Source: Candidatus Hydrogenedentota bacterium
GTDB lineage: Bacteria > Hydrogenedentota > Hydrogenedentia > Hydrogenedentales > JAEUWI01
Length of the DNA stretch: 50,853 nucleotides
Assembly (NCBI GenBank): GCA_046047315.1
Contig: JBJOID010000162.1
Span: 1 to 50,853, forward strand
Direction: 5' to 3'
Shown here: piece by piece, positions 38,945 through 48,612 of the stretch
Numbering within the stretch: position 1 is the first letter of the stretch
How the letters are laid out: each line of letters opens with the position of its first letter
The notes under the pieces: generated by a model
Databases searched by the model: none
What the model saw: the letters and a program-made list of their open reading frames with translations, nothing else
Told to the model about the DNA's origin: nothing
Position numbers and translations under genes: made by a program

Positions 38945-40465
38945 TCAGGGCTGCCTCAGCGAAACCGGCATGAGGTACTCGCCGCGCAGTTCGCGTTTCC
39001 ACCAGGTTCCCTCGCGGAAGCCCTCATCCCAACTGGTGAACTGGTAGCGGTAATAAAGCGCCCGGATATGGCTGGGAGGAGCGTCTTTGAACGGGACTTC
39101 GGCGAAGAGCGATTCGACTGGATCGGAGCCGCGCAAGAGTTGCAAGACGAGGCGCTGGAACCAGGGCGTCTGCTCGACATGGCTGAGCGCGGCGAACCAC
39201 ATCTGCCAGTCAAGCCTGGGCTGATGCGGTTGGCACCAGCGAGGTGCGGCCGACGGGTCGCCGGGCTTGTAGTGGAAGCGATAGGGTTTCCAGTTGATCC
39301 GGTCATTGCTCCCCTCAATCTCGATTTCGTGGCGCTCGGTCGTCATGAAACGGAACAGGCCATAGCTGTTGCACACACACCATGGCTGAGCGGCGGCCAG
39401 CGCGCCGCGCAGCGACCCCAGCGATTCCATGCCCCCAAACAGCGCGATGGTCTGCAGCCCGAGGAGGAAGCTCCATGCGCCAGCCGCCAGCGCACGGGGA
39501 TAACGCCACGACCTTCCGGGCAAAGGGGGCACATGTTCCCGCTGGAGGTATTGGCGCAGGGGTCGCGGGAGCAGACTTGCCAGCAGGGCGTCGTCCAGCC
39601 AGAGCAAACAAAGCGCGAGCGTGAGCAGATTGAAGAAAGTGTAGTTGCCGGTGGCCAGGATGAGCAGCATCAGAAGCGCAAAACTGGCTGCCCCCGTGGC
39701 GCGAACGCGGCGCGGTAGAAAGAGAAACCATGGCGCAATGAGCTCGACAAAGAACATGACGGCCACCGAAAACTGGAGCACGACCGTGGGTAAATGGTGC
39801 GCGAACCACGAAGCAGCATGGGGCAGCGGCTGGGTTTCAAAGTGAAAGCGCAATGCGTCGAGTGTGGTCCAGGTCTCGTCGGGCAGCTTTACCCAGCCCG
39901 AGAAGAACATCAGTTTCCAGAGGAGGAGTCGAAGCAACCACAGGGCCAATCGCGGCGCTAGCGGGTCAAGCAGGGGCCGCTCGAGCCATACGGCGGGCGC
40001 GACGAACCATGCGAGCAACGTGGTTTCGAGGAGCAGGATATCCCACTGAAAGCCGAGGAATACCCCACCGAGTTGATAGAGGCTGAGGTAAAGAACCCAG
40101 CACAGTCCAAGGGCGAGGCGCGGCAGCACGCCCGCCGCAAGCAGCGCTGCGCCAATCATGCCCCAATAGCAATAGGTCTTCAGGGCAAAGTCGCTGACAC
40201 TCCACCAGCCAAGGGTGGGAGCCTGCCACCATGCCACGCCGCCATGATGCTGCCTGAGGGCATTCATCCATTCCGCGGCGGGCAATATGCCTTCGCTCCC
40301 GGCCAGTCCGTCTATCTGCGTGCTCAGCGACAGGAAAGCCACGAAGTGCACGAGGCCGAGCAGCCGTAGGAACACCCACCGCACCAGCCTGTAGTCGGGC
40401 CGAGCGGAGGAGGGGCCATGAAGCCACCGCCACACCCGGCGGCGGCAGGAGCGGATGCGCGTCAA
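38945..40465 (-). CDS. Lipase maturation factor (LMF1/2) family membrane protein
   Basis: FLRLLGLVHFVAF, FQWDILLLE, HFETQPLP, TGNYTFFNLLT, HQPRLDWQMWFAAL. Start is TTG 40465 or ATG 40477. Confidence 0.92.
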   Translation of the reverse strand: MTRIRSCRRRVWRWLHGPSSARPDYRLVRWVFLRLLGLVHFVAFLSLSTQIDGLAGSEGILPAAEWMNALRQHHGGVAWWQAPTLGWWSVSDFALKTYCYWGMIGAALLAAGVLPRLALGLCWVLYLSLYQLGGVFLGFQWDILLLETTLLAWFVAPAVWLERPLLDPLAPRLALWLLRLLLWKLMFFSGWVKLPDETWTTLDALRFHFETQPLPHAASWFAHHLPTVVLQFSVAVMFFVELIAPWFLFLPRRVRATGAASFALLMLLILATGNYTFFNLLTLALCLLWLDDALLASLLPRPLRQYLQREHVPPLPGRSWRYPRALAAGAWSFLLGLQTIALFGGMESLGSLRGALAAAQPWCVCNSYGLFRFMTTERHEIEIEGSNDRINWKPYRFHYKPGDPSAAPRWCQPHQPRLDWQMWFAALSHVEQTPWFQRLVLQLLRGSDPVESLFAEVPFKDAPPSHIRALYYRYQFTSWDEGFREGTWWKRELRGEYLMPVSLRQP

Positions 40466-41265
40466 GCCCCCTTCCATTGGGCGGGGCGCTTCTCGAAGTG
40501 CGCGGCCATGGCTTCGCCGATGTCCTCGGTGCCGATGAGATAGCTCTGGGCCAGCCGCTCCATCGCCATCTGGGTGTGGCGGTCCACGCCATCGCCCTGA
40601 TCGATCACATACTTCACCAGGCCAACGGCCAGTGGAGCGTTCTGGGCGATCTGCCGCGCAAGTTTCTGGGCCTCGCTCTCGATGTCCGCATCGGGAACCA
40701 CGCGGTTGACCAGGCCCCACGAGAGCGCCTCCTGGGCGCTCACCTCGCGGGCGGTCATGAGCATGTCCTTGGCGCGGCTGGGTCCAATCAACTTGGTAAG
40801 GCGCGTGGTGCCGCCCACGTCGGCAATCAGGCCGAGGCGCGTCTCCGGAACGGAGAGCGTGGTGCTCTCGCCCACAACGCGGAAGTCGAAGGAGAGGGCC
40901 AGCTCAAGCCCCATCCCCATTACCCTGCCCTGGATCGCGCCGATTACGGGCACCTCCGTCAACTCGATGGTGTGTAGCGGATGCTGCACCTGTTCGGCAA
41001 AGCGCCGTAGCCACCGGGCCGTGTTGCCCGCACCGACCTCCATCTTTGACTGGGCCAGCGACATCAGGTCGATGCCCGAAGAGAAGACCGGGCCCTCGGC
41101 CTCGACGATCACGGCGCGTACCTGCGGGTGCTGGTCGGCGCCTCGTATCGCCGCGGCGATCGCCTCGGTGAATTCAATCGTCAGGGCATTCCGCTTTTCG
41201 GCCCGGTTGAGGGTGACGTAGAGCAGGTTGTCCTCAATGCGCGTGCGTACCCAATCGGCGCTCAT
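40462..41265 (-). CDS. Enoyl-CoA hydratase/isomerase family protein
   Basis: LNRAEKRNAL, FSSGIDL, GMGLELAL, PETRLGL. Confidence 0.92.
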   Translation of the reverse strand: MSADWVRTRIEDNLLYVTLNRAEKRNALTIEFTEAIAAAIRGADQHPQVRAVIVEAEGPVFSSGIDLMSLAQSKMEVGAGNTARWLRRFAEQVQHPLHTIELTEVPVIGAIQGRVMGMGLELALSFDFRVVGESTTLSVPETRLGLIADVGGTTRLTKLIGPSRAKDMLMTAREVSAQEALSWGLVNRVVPDADIESEAQKLARQIAQNAPLAVGLVKYVIDQGDGVDRHTQMAMERLAQSYLIGTEDIGEAMAAHFEKRPAQWKGA

Positions 41266-41278
41266 GGCGAGTATCTCC

Positions 41279-42097
41279 TTAGGAGCGGGCCATGCGCATT
41301 ACGTCGGAATTGAGCTCCAGCGGCTGGCTGTCGGGCAGGCACTTGTACTGCTCGAAGTCGGTGTAGCCCACCTCGCGCAGGAAGTCCTCGTCGATCAAGG
41401 CTTTGCCGTTGGAAAGCTCCGGATGCGCAAGTATCTCATAGGTGGCGTCGGCGATGATGTCGGCCTTGCGCCAGATGCTTGGGTCGCCCATGCCATAGTT
41501 CTGGGTGGCGGCCGACTCGATCACCGTCTTGGGCCAAAGGGCGGAACCCTTGATGTTGTAGTCCTTGAATTCCTCCGCCACGCCCTGCGCGATCATGGTC
41601 ATGCCGAACTTGCCAATCATGTAGGCAATGTGACCGGCCACGACACTGAGGTCCACCGGCGGAGACATGTTGACCACATGCCCGCTCTTCTGCGTCTTCA
41701 TCTGCTCAATGAAGGCATAGGTGCAGGCATAGGCGGCGCGGGCATTCACGTCGAGCACGAGGTCGAACTTGTTCATCGGGGTCTCATCGAGATTGCGCCA
41801 CCAAAGCGCCCCGGCGTTGTTGATGACGGCGTCAATGCGGCCGAACTTGTCCAGCGTGGCGGCGGCCGCCGCGTTGACGCTCTCGATGTCGCGCACGTTG
41901 CACTGCACCGGCAGAACCTCAGGGGCGCCGGCCTCGCGAATCTCGTCGGCGGCGGTGAAAATCGTGCCCGGCAGCTTGGGGTGCGGCTCGGTGGTCTTGG
42001 CGGCGACGACGATGCTCCAGCCCTCGCGGGCAAGCCGCTTCGCGCAGCACAGGCCAATCCCGCGCGATGCGCCGGTGATGAATGCGACCTTGCTCAT
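41279..42097 (-). CDS. Short-chain dehydrogenase/reductase, HSDL2-like
   Basis: TGASRGIG, AAKTTEPHPKLPGTI, NNAGA, YMIGK, ALWPKT. True start is MSKVAF. Confidence 0.9.
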   Translation of the reverse strand: MSKVAFITGASRGIGLCCAKRLAREGWSIVVAAKTTEPHPKLPGTIFTAADEIREAGAPEVLPVQCNVRDIESVNAAAAATLDKFGRIDAVINNAGALWWRNLDETPMNKFDLVLDVNARAAYACTYAFIEQMKTQKSGHVVNMSPPVDLSVVAGHIAYMIGKFGMTMIAQGVAEEFKDYNIKGSALWPKTVIESAATQNYGMGDPSIWRKADIIADATYEILAHPELSNGKALIDEDFLREVGYTDFEQYKCLPDSQPLELNSDVMRMARS

Positions 42098-42190
42098 GAT
42101 GTTTCCCTCCTCGTTGGGGTGACTTGTATCAAGGGAAAAGCATACGATCCGGGACGCGACGATTACCAAATATACGGATGTGCCCCGACA

Positions 42191-42967
42191 ATGGACCTCT
42201 TGCAGACCATCTTCAGCAACCGCCAGGACCTCCTGTGGCTCGTGGTGGTGCTTTTCGATCTGGGACTTACCGTGCTGCTCTTCCGGCTTTTCGGAAAGGC
42301 CGGGCTCTATGGCGTCATCGTGGTCAACGTGATGCTCTGCAACCTGCTTGGCCCGAAGATCACCGTCGTCTTCGGCTTCAACACCACCATGGGGGCGATA
42401 CTCTACTCCGGCATTTATTTCGCGACCGATCTCTTGAGCGAGCGCTATGGCCGACGCGAGGCCAACCGTGCCGTAATGCTGGGCTTTGCCGCCAGCGTTT
42501 CCATGCTGGCATTGGGGATGATGAGCCTGCTCTTCGAGCCCACGCCCGACCCGCAGAAGAATGCCTTCGCCACCCAGATGCACGACGCCACCGCCGCCCT
42601 CTTCAACTTCACGCCGCGATTCGTGCTGGGCTCCCTGCTGGCCTACCTTGTCAGCCAGACACACGATGTGTGGATGTTTCACCTCTTGAAGCGGTGGACC
42701 AAGGGGCGGCACCTGTGGCTGCGCAACAACGTTTCCACCATGAGCTCGCAACTCATCGACAACGTCATCTACGGTGCGGTGGTGTGGGTGGGAATCTTCG
42801 ACGTGTGGACCGCCATCGAACTGGGCCTGGCGAAGTACCTGTTCAAGGTGATCATCGCCCTGCTGGACACCCCGTTCATTTACTGGGCGCGTTCGTGGCG
42901 GATGCACGAAAAAGACTGGGTCGAGGGGGAGCACCGGCAACTTGCGCCGGAATCAGCCCAAGCCTGA
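42191..42967 (+). CDS. yhhQ: Queuosine precursor (preQ0/preQ1) transporter, Vut_1 family
   Basis: TDLLSERYG, SLLAYLVSQTHDV, LWLRNNVSTMSSQLID, ALLDTPF. Confidence 0.92.
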   Translation: MDLLQTIFSNRQDLLWLVVVLFDLGLTVLLFRLFGKAGLYGVIVVNVMLCNLLGPKITVVFGFNTTMGAILYSGIYFATDLLSERYGRREANRAVMLGFAASVSMLALGMMSLLFEPTPDPQKNAFATQMHDATAALFNFTPRFVLGSLLAYLVSQTHDVWMFHLLKRWTKGRHLWLRNNVSTMSSQLIDNVIYGAVVWVGIFDVWTAIELGLAKYLFKVIIALLDTPFIYWARSWRMHEKDWVEGEHRQLAPESAQA

Positions 42968-42970
42968 GCT

Positions 42971-43159
42971 TCAGTTGATTTCCTGTCCCCGCCGCAGCAT
43001 GAGGTAGGACTCGTCGTAGGCGAGACTGCCAAACCAGCCTGCCTTGGGACGGCGGCGCACCTCAAGCACCTGATAGCCCCAGAACGATTCGAGACACCAG
43101 CGCCAAACCCGGGAGTTGGTTTCCAGCGCCGGATTTTCCGGTATGCCGTATCTGCCCAT
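42971..43159 (-). CDS. Small hypothetical ORF or gene remnant (62 aa)
   Basis: ATG preceded by GAGG; fills the gap between two genes; Trp/Tyr-rich. Confidence 0.3.
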   Translation of the reverse strand: MGRYGIPENPALETNSRVWRWCLESFWGYQVLEVRRRPKAGWFGSLAYDESYLMLRRGQEIN

Positions 43160-43305
43160 GCCAGCCTCACTCGATCTGGCCCGGCGCGGCTTGGAGCCCC
43201 GCGAGGCCTGTCCCTTACCCGCACCGAGTATACCAGATTGCGCGGGAAAGTAAAGGGGGTGTCTGGGGCAAATCATTCAACCCAGAACAGGCGCCGCACC
43301 ACCTG

Positions 43306-45249
43306 TCAGGGCATACGGTAAAGCACAAGACCTTCCCCCCGAAGCACCGGGTCCAATGCGAGGGGAAACGACTCCGGTGCAAGTACATACGCGATGCCGT
43401 AGGTGGCGCGTAGTGTCCTCCATTCTTCCGGGCTGCGTCCGGTCCAGAGGGTGAGGTCGTAATTCCAGGGCTGTCCCCACCGGATGCCGTAGGCGTCGCC
43501 CAGCATTTTCTCAATGACGGGACCGAGGCTGCGTATATAGGGTGTGAGCAAGGGGGTCTCGAACGTGGCGAAGACGGGCTGGCCGGTCTTCTCTTGATAA
43601 TTGAGTGTCCAGAACGGCGCGAGCAGGATACCGGTGGGGTTGTTCTCGGTCTCGAAGAAGCGCCGCATTTCCACCTCGAAGGGGGAGCGGACAAGTTGCT
43701 GGCGATGATGGTATTCGTGTAAGAGCATCCCCGCCACGGCTGTCAGGCCCAATACGGGAAGTGCCGTGGCAAGCCACCGTGAACCTATGCTTGTCGAGTC
43801 TCGTTGCTCGCGGGATGCTTGAACAACATCCCCCGCCGCATGACGGGGAATGTACTCCCAGAGTCTCTGCATATAGCCCAGAGCGATGACCTTCTCCAGC
43901 GCGGCCACCAGAATCCCCAGCAGGGCGCAGGCCGCTAGGAACGGGGTAGCGAGCGCCAGGGTGAACCAGGCGGCAGCGAGCAGCACAGACACCGCGGCAC
44001 GATGCGCGGGGATACCACGTGCCACGGCCACCATGGCGCCACCGACCAGCAGGAACAGCGGTCCTTCGCTGGGCATGACATAGCGGCCGTGGAATGTTTC
44101 GGGAAGCACAAGTGCAAGCAGCGGACGCGCCGCCAGCCAACCCGCCGCCGCGAGCGCGGCCGCCATCTGCCGGCTGGAAAGATTGATGACCGCCACAAGC
44201 ACGAGCAGGACGATCGCCACGTGATTCGTCAGCCGGTAAGGCAGCCAGCCAATGATGAGGTAGGGCGTGTCTATGCCCATCCATTGCTGCACTCCCCATG
44301 CAATGCCAACGGCTGAGGAGGCGATGGTGGCGTAAAGCATCAGCACCGCCAGCCCGTGTACACGCGCGCCGCGTGCACGCTCGCTCCACAGCCAAAGCCC
44401 GCCCAGTGCCAAGGCGGCCACCATGCCCAGCGTGCTGTGCCACAGCGGCCCAAAGCGAGGTGGCAGCACGGGCCGCCGGTGAATGTCCTCGTAGTAGGTG
44501 AAGCGCTTCCAAACCTCATGCGCGTCGACGGCGCTCGAATAGCCGCCTCCATCCGGCATGGGCTGCCGGAGCAGCAGGTAGACCACGGTGAACAGCGCGC
44601 TTACGGCGAGGCCGCAGAGCAGTCCCTGAGTCGCGGGGCGCAGGTGTTCGCGCTCTTGCCAAACGACCCATGCCAACATCAGCCCCGCCAGCGCCAGCAC
44701 CGGGGGCAGCTGTCCCACGTGAACCACGGGCATGGCCATGGTCATGAAGAAGGCGATGCACCAGCGCCTGGCTGCAAAGGCGCACACGCAGAGCAGCGCC
44801 CAGGCCAGTCCCAGCTCGCCCGAGGTAAACATGAACGGCCACACGTCGTTGGAGTAATAGCTGCGGAAGAAGGCGTGGGCGTTCGCCAGAATCAGCAATG
44901 TCGCCAGATGTCCCGCCAGGGCGCGCCGGGCCAACAGGCTTCCCAGGATGTATAAGGGAAGCATGGCGCCCCACGCGCAAAGCAGGTTGCGCAGGCCGCA
45001 GACCAGCAGGGCGCTGTCCGTCAGTTTCAGAAGCAGCGCGCTCGAGTAGTAGTGAATTGAGAAGGAATTCCATGCATACACGCGAAGCGGGTGTCCATCC
45101 GGGTAGGGCACCACACCCAGCAGCGCTTGCGCGCGCTCGAAGCCCTCTTCCCATCGCACCCCGCGCAAGGCCACCCCAAGGACCCCGACCAGCATCCAGA
45201 AGGCAAGCCCCTGCCAGAAGTGGCGGATCGCAGGTTCGTGTTTGTTCAC
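43306..45249 (-). CDS. Polytopic membrane protein of unknown function, possibly GT-C glycosyltransferase-like
   Basis: About 12 or more hydrophobic segments, acidic first loop (RWEE), soluble C-terminal domain. GTGA overlap with folK. Confidence 0.7.
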   Translation of the reverse strand: MNKHEPAIRHFWQGLAFWMLVGVLGVALRGVRWEEGFERAQALLGVVPYPDGHPLRVYAWNSFSIHYYSSALLLKLTDSALLVCGLRNLLCAWGAMLPLYILGSLLARRALAGHLATLLILANAHAFFRSYYSNDVWPFMFTSGELGLAWALLCVCAFAARRWCIAFFMTMAMPVVHVGQLPPVLALAGLMLAWVVWQEREHLRPATQGLLCGLAVSALFTVVYLLLRQPMPDGGGYSSAVDAHEVWKRFTYYEDIHRRPVLPPRFGPLWHSTLGMVAALALGGLWLWSERARGARVHGLAVLMLYATIASSAVGIAWGVQQWMGIDTPYLIIGWLPYRLTNHVAIVLLVLVAVINLSSRQMAAALAAAGWLAARPLLALVLPETFHGRYVMPSEGPLFLLVGGAMVAVARGIPAHRAAVSVLLAAAWFTLALATPFLAACALLGILVAALEKVIALGYMQRLWEYIPRHAAGDVVQASREQRDSTSIGSRWLATALPVLGLTAVAGMLLHEYHHRQQLVRSPFEVEMRRFFETENNPTGILLAPFWTLNYQEKTGQPVFATFETPLLTPYIRSLGPVIEKMLGDAYGIRWGQPWNYDLTLWTGRSPEEWRTLRATYGIAYVLAPESFPLALDPVLRGEGLVLYRMP

Positions 45250-45773
45250 CGTCCAGCCCCGGGCACGAAGCGCCGTCGCAATTGCTCCGTTAATTCGGGG
45301 AGCGGTGTCAGCCCGGCAGGTTTCCCTGTCAGGTCGCGAAGCAGGACGCCGCTGTCCGGCATGCGCAACAGCGGGTCCAGCTCAAGTAGACCGGCGATGA
45401 GGAATGGACGTTCCAAGATGTCCGGATCGGGCAGGGCCAAGCCCGCTTCCCGTAAGACCACGTGACCATGGAGGAGGATATCCAAATCCATCGTGCGTGG
45501 CGCGTAGCGGTCTGCGTCGCGCTGGCGGCCCAGCGTCTTCTCGATATCGCGCAGCACCTCATGCTTGAATTCGAGCGGCGCCATGCCGGTCTCCAGCCGC
45601 GCCACGCCGTTCACGAAATCATCCTGCTCGGGACGTCCTATCGCCTGGGTCTGGTAGAAAGTCGACAAGCCCGTCAGGCGCGCGCGCCGGGACAGCGCCT
45701 CCACAGCGGCGGGAACATTCCGCATTGGCTCGACGTTCGAGCCTATCGCCACATACGCAACGGAACCCGCCAT
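45246..45773 (-). CDS. folK: 2-amino-4-hydroxy-6-hydroxymethyldihydropteridine diphosphokinase
   Basis: YVAIGSN, FVNGV, IEKTLGR, PRTMDLDILL. Confidence 0.93.
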   Translation of the reverse strand: MAGSVAYVAIGSNVEPMRNVPAAVEALSRRARLTGLSTFYQTQAIGRPEQDDFVNGVARLETGMAPLEFKHEVLRDIEKTLGRQRDADRYAPRTMDLDILLHGHVVLREAGLALPDPDILERPFLIAGLLELDPLLRMPDSGVLLRDLTGKPAGLTPLPELTEQLRRRFVPGAGR

Positions 45774-45774
45774 G

Positions 45775-46146
45775 CTAGTCCTGCTGGAGGCGGGTTATTT
45801 CCACCGCGACACTGCGCGCGAAGCGAAGGGCGCCCGGCTTGTCGACGGACACATCGGCGCGCCGCACGCGCGGATCGGTAAGGCAGAGCTTGGCGCACTC
45901 CTCGGCCATCTTCTCCACCAGGAAGAACTGGGAAGACTCAACCATCGCGAGCAGCTTCTTCTTGATGTCTTTGTAGTTGATGGTGTCTTCGATGCGGTCC
46001 GAACTCCCCGCCCCCCGCAGGTCGGCATGCAGGGTGATGTTCAGGATCACTTCCTGCAGGTTTTCGCGTTCCTCAGGATAAATCCCCACGATGCAGCGGG
46101 TGGACAAGTCGCGAATGTGGATCCGGTCCAGGGTCGTATCAGTCAT
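45775..46146 (-). CDS. folB: Dihydroneopterin aldolase/epimerase (FolB/FolX family)
   Basis: VGIYPEERENLQ, DTINYK, LVEKMAE, DKPGALRFARSV. Confidence 0.88.
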   Translation of the reverse strand: MTDTTLDRIHIRDLSTRCIVGIYPEERENLQEVILNITLHADLRGAGSSDRIEDTINYKDIKKKLLAMVESSQFFLVEKMAEECAKLCLTDPRVRRADVSVDKPGALRFARSVAVEITRLQQD

Positions 46147-46885
46147 ACACACATCCTGTCAGGTGTTGGCCGCCATCCACATGGACAACCTGCCCGGTGA
46201 TGAACGTACTGCGCACAAGAAATAAGACCGCCTCCGCCACATGGCCCGCGTCGCCATAAGCCCGCAGGGGATTTTGCTCGCCCCGCTGCGCAAGGTAGGC
46301 CGCGTCCTTGTCGGGTGGAGGAAGCACGGCGCCCGGCGCGACAGCGTTGACCCGCACGCGGGGCGCGAACTCCAGCGCGGCGGCGCGCGTGATGGTGTGC
46401 AGCAGACGCTTGCTCAAATGATAACTGAAGTGACTTCGGTCGTAGGAACGAATCGTCGCGTCGAGCAGATTGACGATCACGCCCTCACGATCCTGGGCAT
46501 GGAAGGCGCGCATCAACGCCAGGGGCGCAAAGGCATTGGCGTCGAGTACCGCGTGGGCATCGGCCTCGGAGAAGTCCCGCAGCTCGTCGTTCGGGAAAAC
46601 GCTCGCGTTGTTCACGAGGATGTCCAGGGGGCCGACCGTCGAGCACGCCGCATCGAAGACCCGGCGCGCGCTTTCGCCATCATCCAGTGCTCCCTGCACC
46701 AGCCAGGCCCTGCGCCCAAGTCCTTCGATCTCCATCGCAGTCGCCTCGGCTTCGGACTTGGAATTGCGGTAATGCAGCACGACATCCGCTCCCGCCCTCG
46801 CCAAGGCCAGAGCCGACTCACGTCCCAGCCGGACCGCGGCACCGGTCACGAGTGCGCGCGCACCGGCAAGGTTCCACAGATCCAC
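46139..46885 (-). CDS. Pteridine reductase-like SDR (FolM/PTR1 type)
   Basis: TGAAVRLG, LHYRNS, NNASVF, YHLSK, VNAVAPG, VDGG; overlaps folB. Start uncertain. Confidence 0.85.
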   Translation of the reverse strand: MDLWNLAGARALVTGAAVRLGRESALALARAGADVVLHYRNSKSEAEATAMEIEGLGRRAWLVQGALDDGESARRVFDAACSTVGPLDILVNNASVFPNDELRDFSEADAHAVLDANAFAPLALMRAFHAQDREGVIVNLLDATIRSYDRSHFSYHLSKRLLHTITRAAALEFAPRVRVNAVAPGAVLPPPDKDAAYLAQRGEQNPLRAYGDAGHVAEAVLFLVRSTFITGQVVHVDGGQHLTGCVYD

Positions 46886-47070
46886 GTGCGTTGAAATGAT
46901 GACCACTCCTCTTGGCTGCCCACGGAAAGCATAGACACGCGGCGGCGCTGAGTCCAACAGTCTCCAGGACCGCGCCATTCCCCTGCTGGATTACATGCGG
47001 CGGCATAGCCCAGAATAGGCCCATCGTTGGCCGAGGGGAAGCGCCAGCAAATCGGAGGAGTACCGGACGC

Positions 47071-48612
47071 GTGAGCACTAAGTCATCGCCCAAGCCGTCG
47101 AAGAAAAGCAGCGCTCCGCCGCTGGAAGAGCACGGCGCGCTGGAGCAGTTTCTGCACAACGACGCAGCCGCGGCGATACTGCTGCTGAGTTCGGCGATTC
47201 TGGCCTTCATCTGCGCCAACTCCAGCTTCCATGTGCTGGGCGAGATGTCCATGAAGGAGTTCTACAACAAGCTCTGGCACATGGATCTCGGCATAGCGGT
47301 GCACAACTTCGACATCACCCAGTCGTTGCACCTCTGGATCAATGATGGCTTGATGGCCATCTTTTTCTTTCTTGTGGGGCTCGAGATCAAGCGCGAGATG
47401 CTGGTGGGGGAGCTGGCCTCGGTGCGCAAGGCGGCCCTGCCCATAGGCGCCGCGCTAGGGGGGATGGTCTGCCCCGCCGCCATATTTGCCCTGCTCAACC
47501 TGGGGCAGCCCGGCATCACCGGCTGGGGCATTCCCATGGCCACCGACATCGCCTTCGCTGTCGGCATTCTCGGGCTGCTGTCGGGCCGGGTGCCCGTGTC
47601 CTTGTGCGTCTTCCTGATGGCGCTGGCCATCGTGGACGATCTTGGCGCCGTGCTTGTTATCGCCGTTTTCTACACCGAGAGCATCGCGGCCACGCAGCTC
47701 TTCGCGGGCCTTGCCGTGACGTGCGTGTCTTTCGCGTTTTCTTACATGGGCTTGCGCAACACCATCGTTTACGTGATGCTGTTCTTCGTGATTTGGATCA
47801 CCTTTCTCCAGTCCGGCGTGCATGCCACGGTTGCGGGCGTGCTGTTTGCCTTCAGCATTCCCGTGGACGCTCGCTATGAGACGCCGCTCTTCATCAGCCG
47901 CATCCAGCATCTGCTCAAGCGTTTCGGCGACGCCGAGGACTATGCCAGCCCGCTTCAGGTGAACGCCGCGCAGCAGCACATCATCCGCGCGATAGGCGCG
48001 GAGTGTGTCCATGTGGAGGCCCCGTTGCAGCGCATCGAGCGTCTGCTCCACCCCTACACCGCGTTTCTCATCATGCCGATATTCGCCTTTGCCAATGCGG
48101 GCGTGTCGCTGGATTTCTCGAACATCGGCGAACTGCTTACCAGCCGCGTGACCCTTGGCGTCATGCTGGGGCTGCTGATTGGCAAGCAAGTCGGCATCAC
48201 GGGTTTCTCGTGGATCATGGTCAAGCTCAAGCTGGCCGAGCTGCCAACCGGCGCGAACTGGAAGCAGCTTTATGCCGTTTCCGTGCTCGGCTCGATTGGC
48301 TTCACGATGTCGCTCTTCATCACCGAGCTGGCCTACAAGCCAGCGGGCCACGGCGCGCACGCGGCCATCAAGGTCGAAGTGGAGCAGCCCACGCCGGAGG
48401 AGGAGTTGGCGCACGCCGAGGAAGAGGCGCATGCCCACGACCCGGCGGTGGAAGAGGCCCGCAAGCACAACGCCGAGGCCAAGCTGGGCGTGCTGCTCGC
48501 CAGCATCATCGCGGGCATCGGCGGCACCGCCCTGCTCTACAAGGTGACAAAGCCCGGCGAGGGACTCACCGGCGGAGCGCATCACGGGCACGGGGGCGGA
48601 CACCATGCATAG
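47071..48612 (+). CDS. nhaA: Na+/H+ antiporter NhaA (long form)
   Basis: WINDGLMAIFF, GLEIKRE, PMATDIAFA, LAIVDDLGA, GIT...IGFTMSLFI. Confidence 0.95.
   Translation: MSTKSSPKPSKKSSAPPLEEHGALEQFLHNDAAAAILLLSSAILAFICANSSFHVLGEMSMKEFYNKLWHMDLGIAVHNFDITQSLHLWINDGLMAIFFFLVGLEIKREMLVGELASVRKAALPIGAALGGMVCPAAIFALLNLGQPGITGWGIPMATDIAFAVGILGLLSGRVPVSLCVFLMALAIVDDLGAVLVIAVFYTESIAATQLFAGLAVTCVSFAFSYMGLRNTIVYVMLFFVIWITFLQSGVHATVAGVLFAFSIPVDARYETPLFISRIQHLLKRFGDAEDYASPLQVNAAQQHIIRAIGAECVHVEAPLQRIERLLHPYTAFLIMPIFAFANAGVSLDFSNIGELLTSRVTLGVMLGLLIGKQVGITGFSWIMVKLKLAELPTGANWKQLYAVSVLGSIGFTMSLFITELAYKPAGHGAHAAIKVEVEQPTPEEELAHAEEEAHAHDPAVEEARKHNAEAKLGVLLASIIAGIGGTALLYKVTKPGEGLTGGAHHGHGGGHHA

Noticed and set aside
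42100-42190. preQ1 riboswitch upstream of yhhQ
   Set aside because: No recognisable preQ1 stem-loop or A-rich tail in this short divergent spacer.
41228-42967. Apparent 579-aa and 553-aa overlapping ORFs suggesting fusions
   Set aside because: Each is a real gene (yhhQ from 42191; SDR from 42097) extended by the antisense frame of its divergent neighbour.
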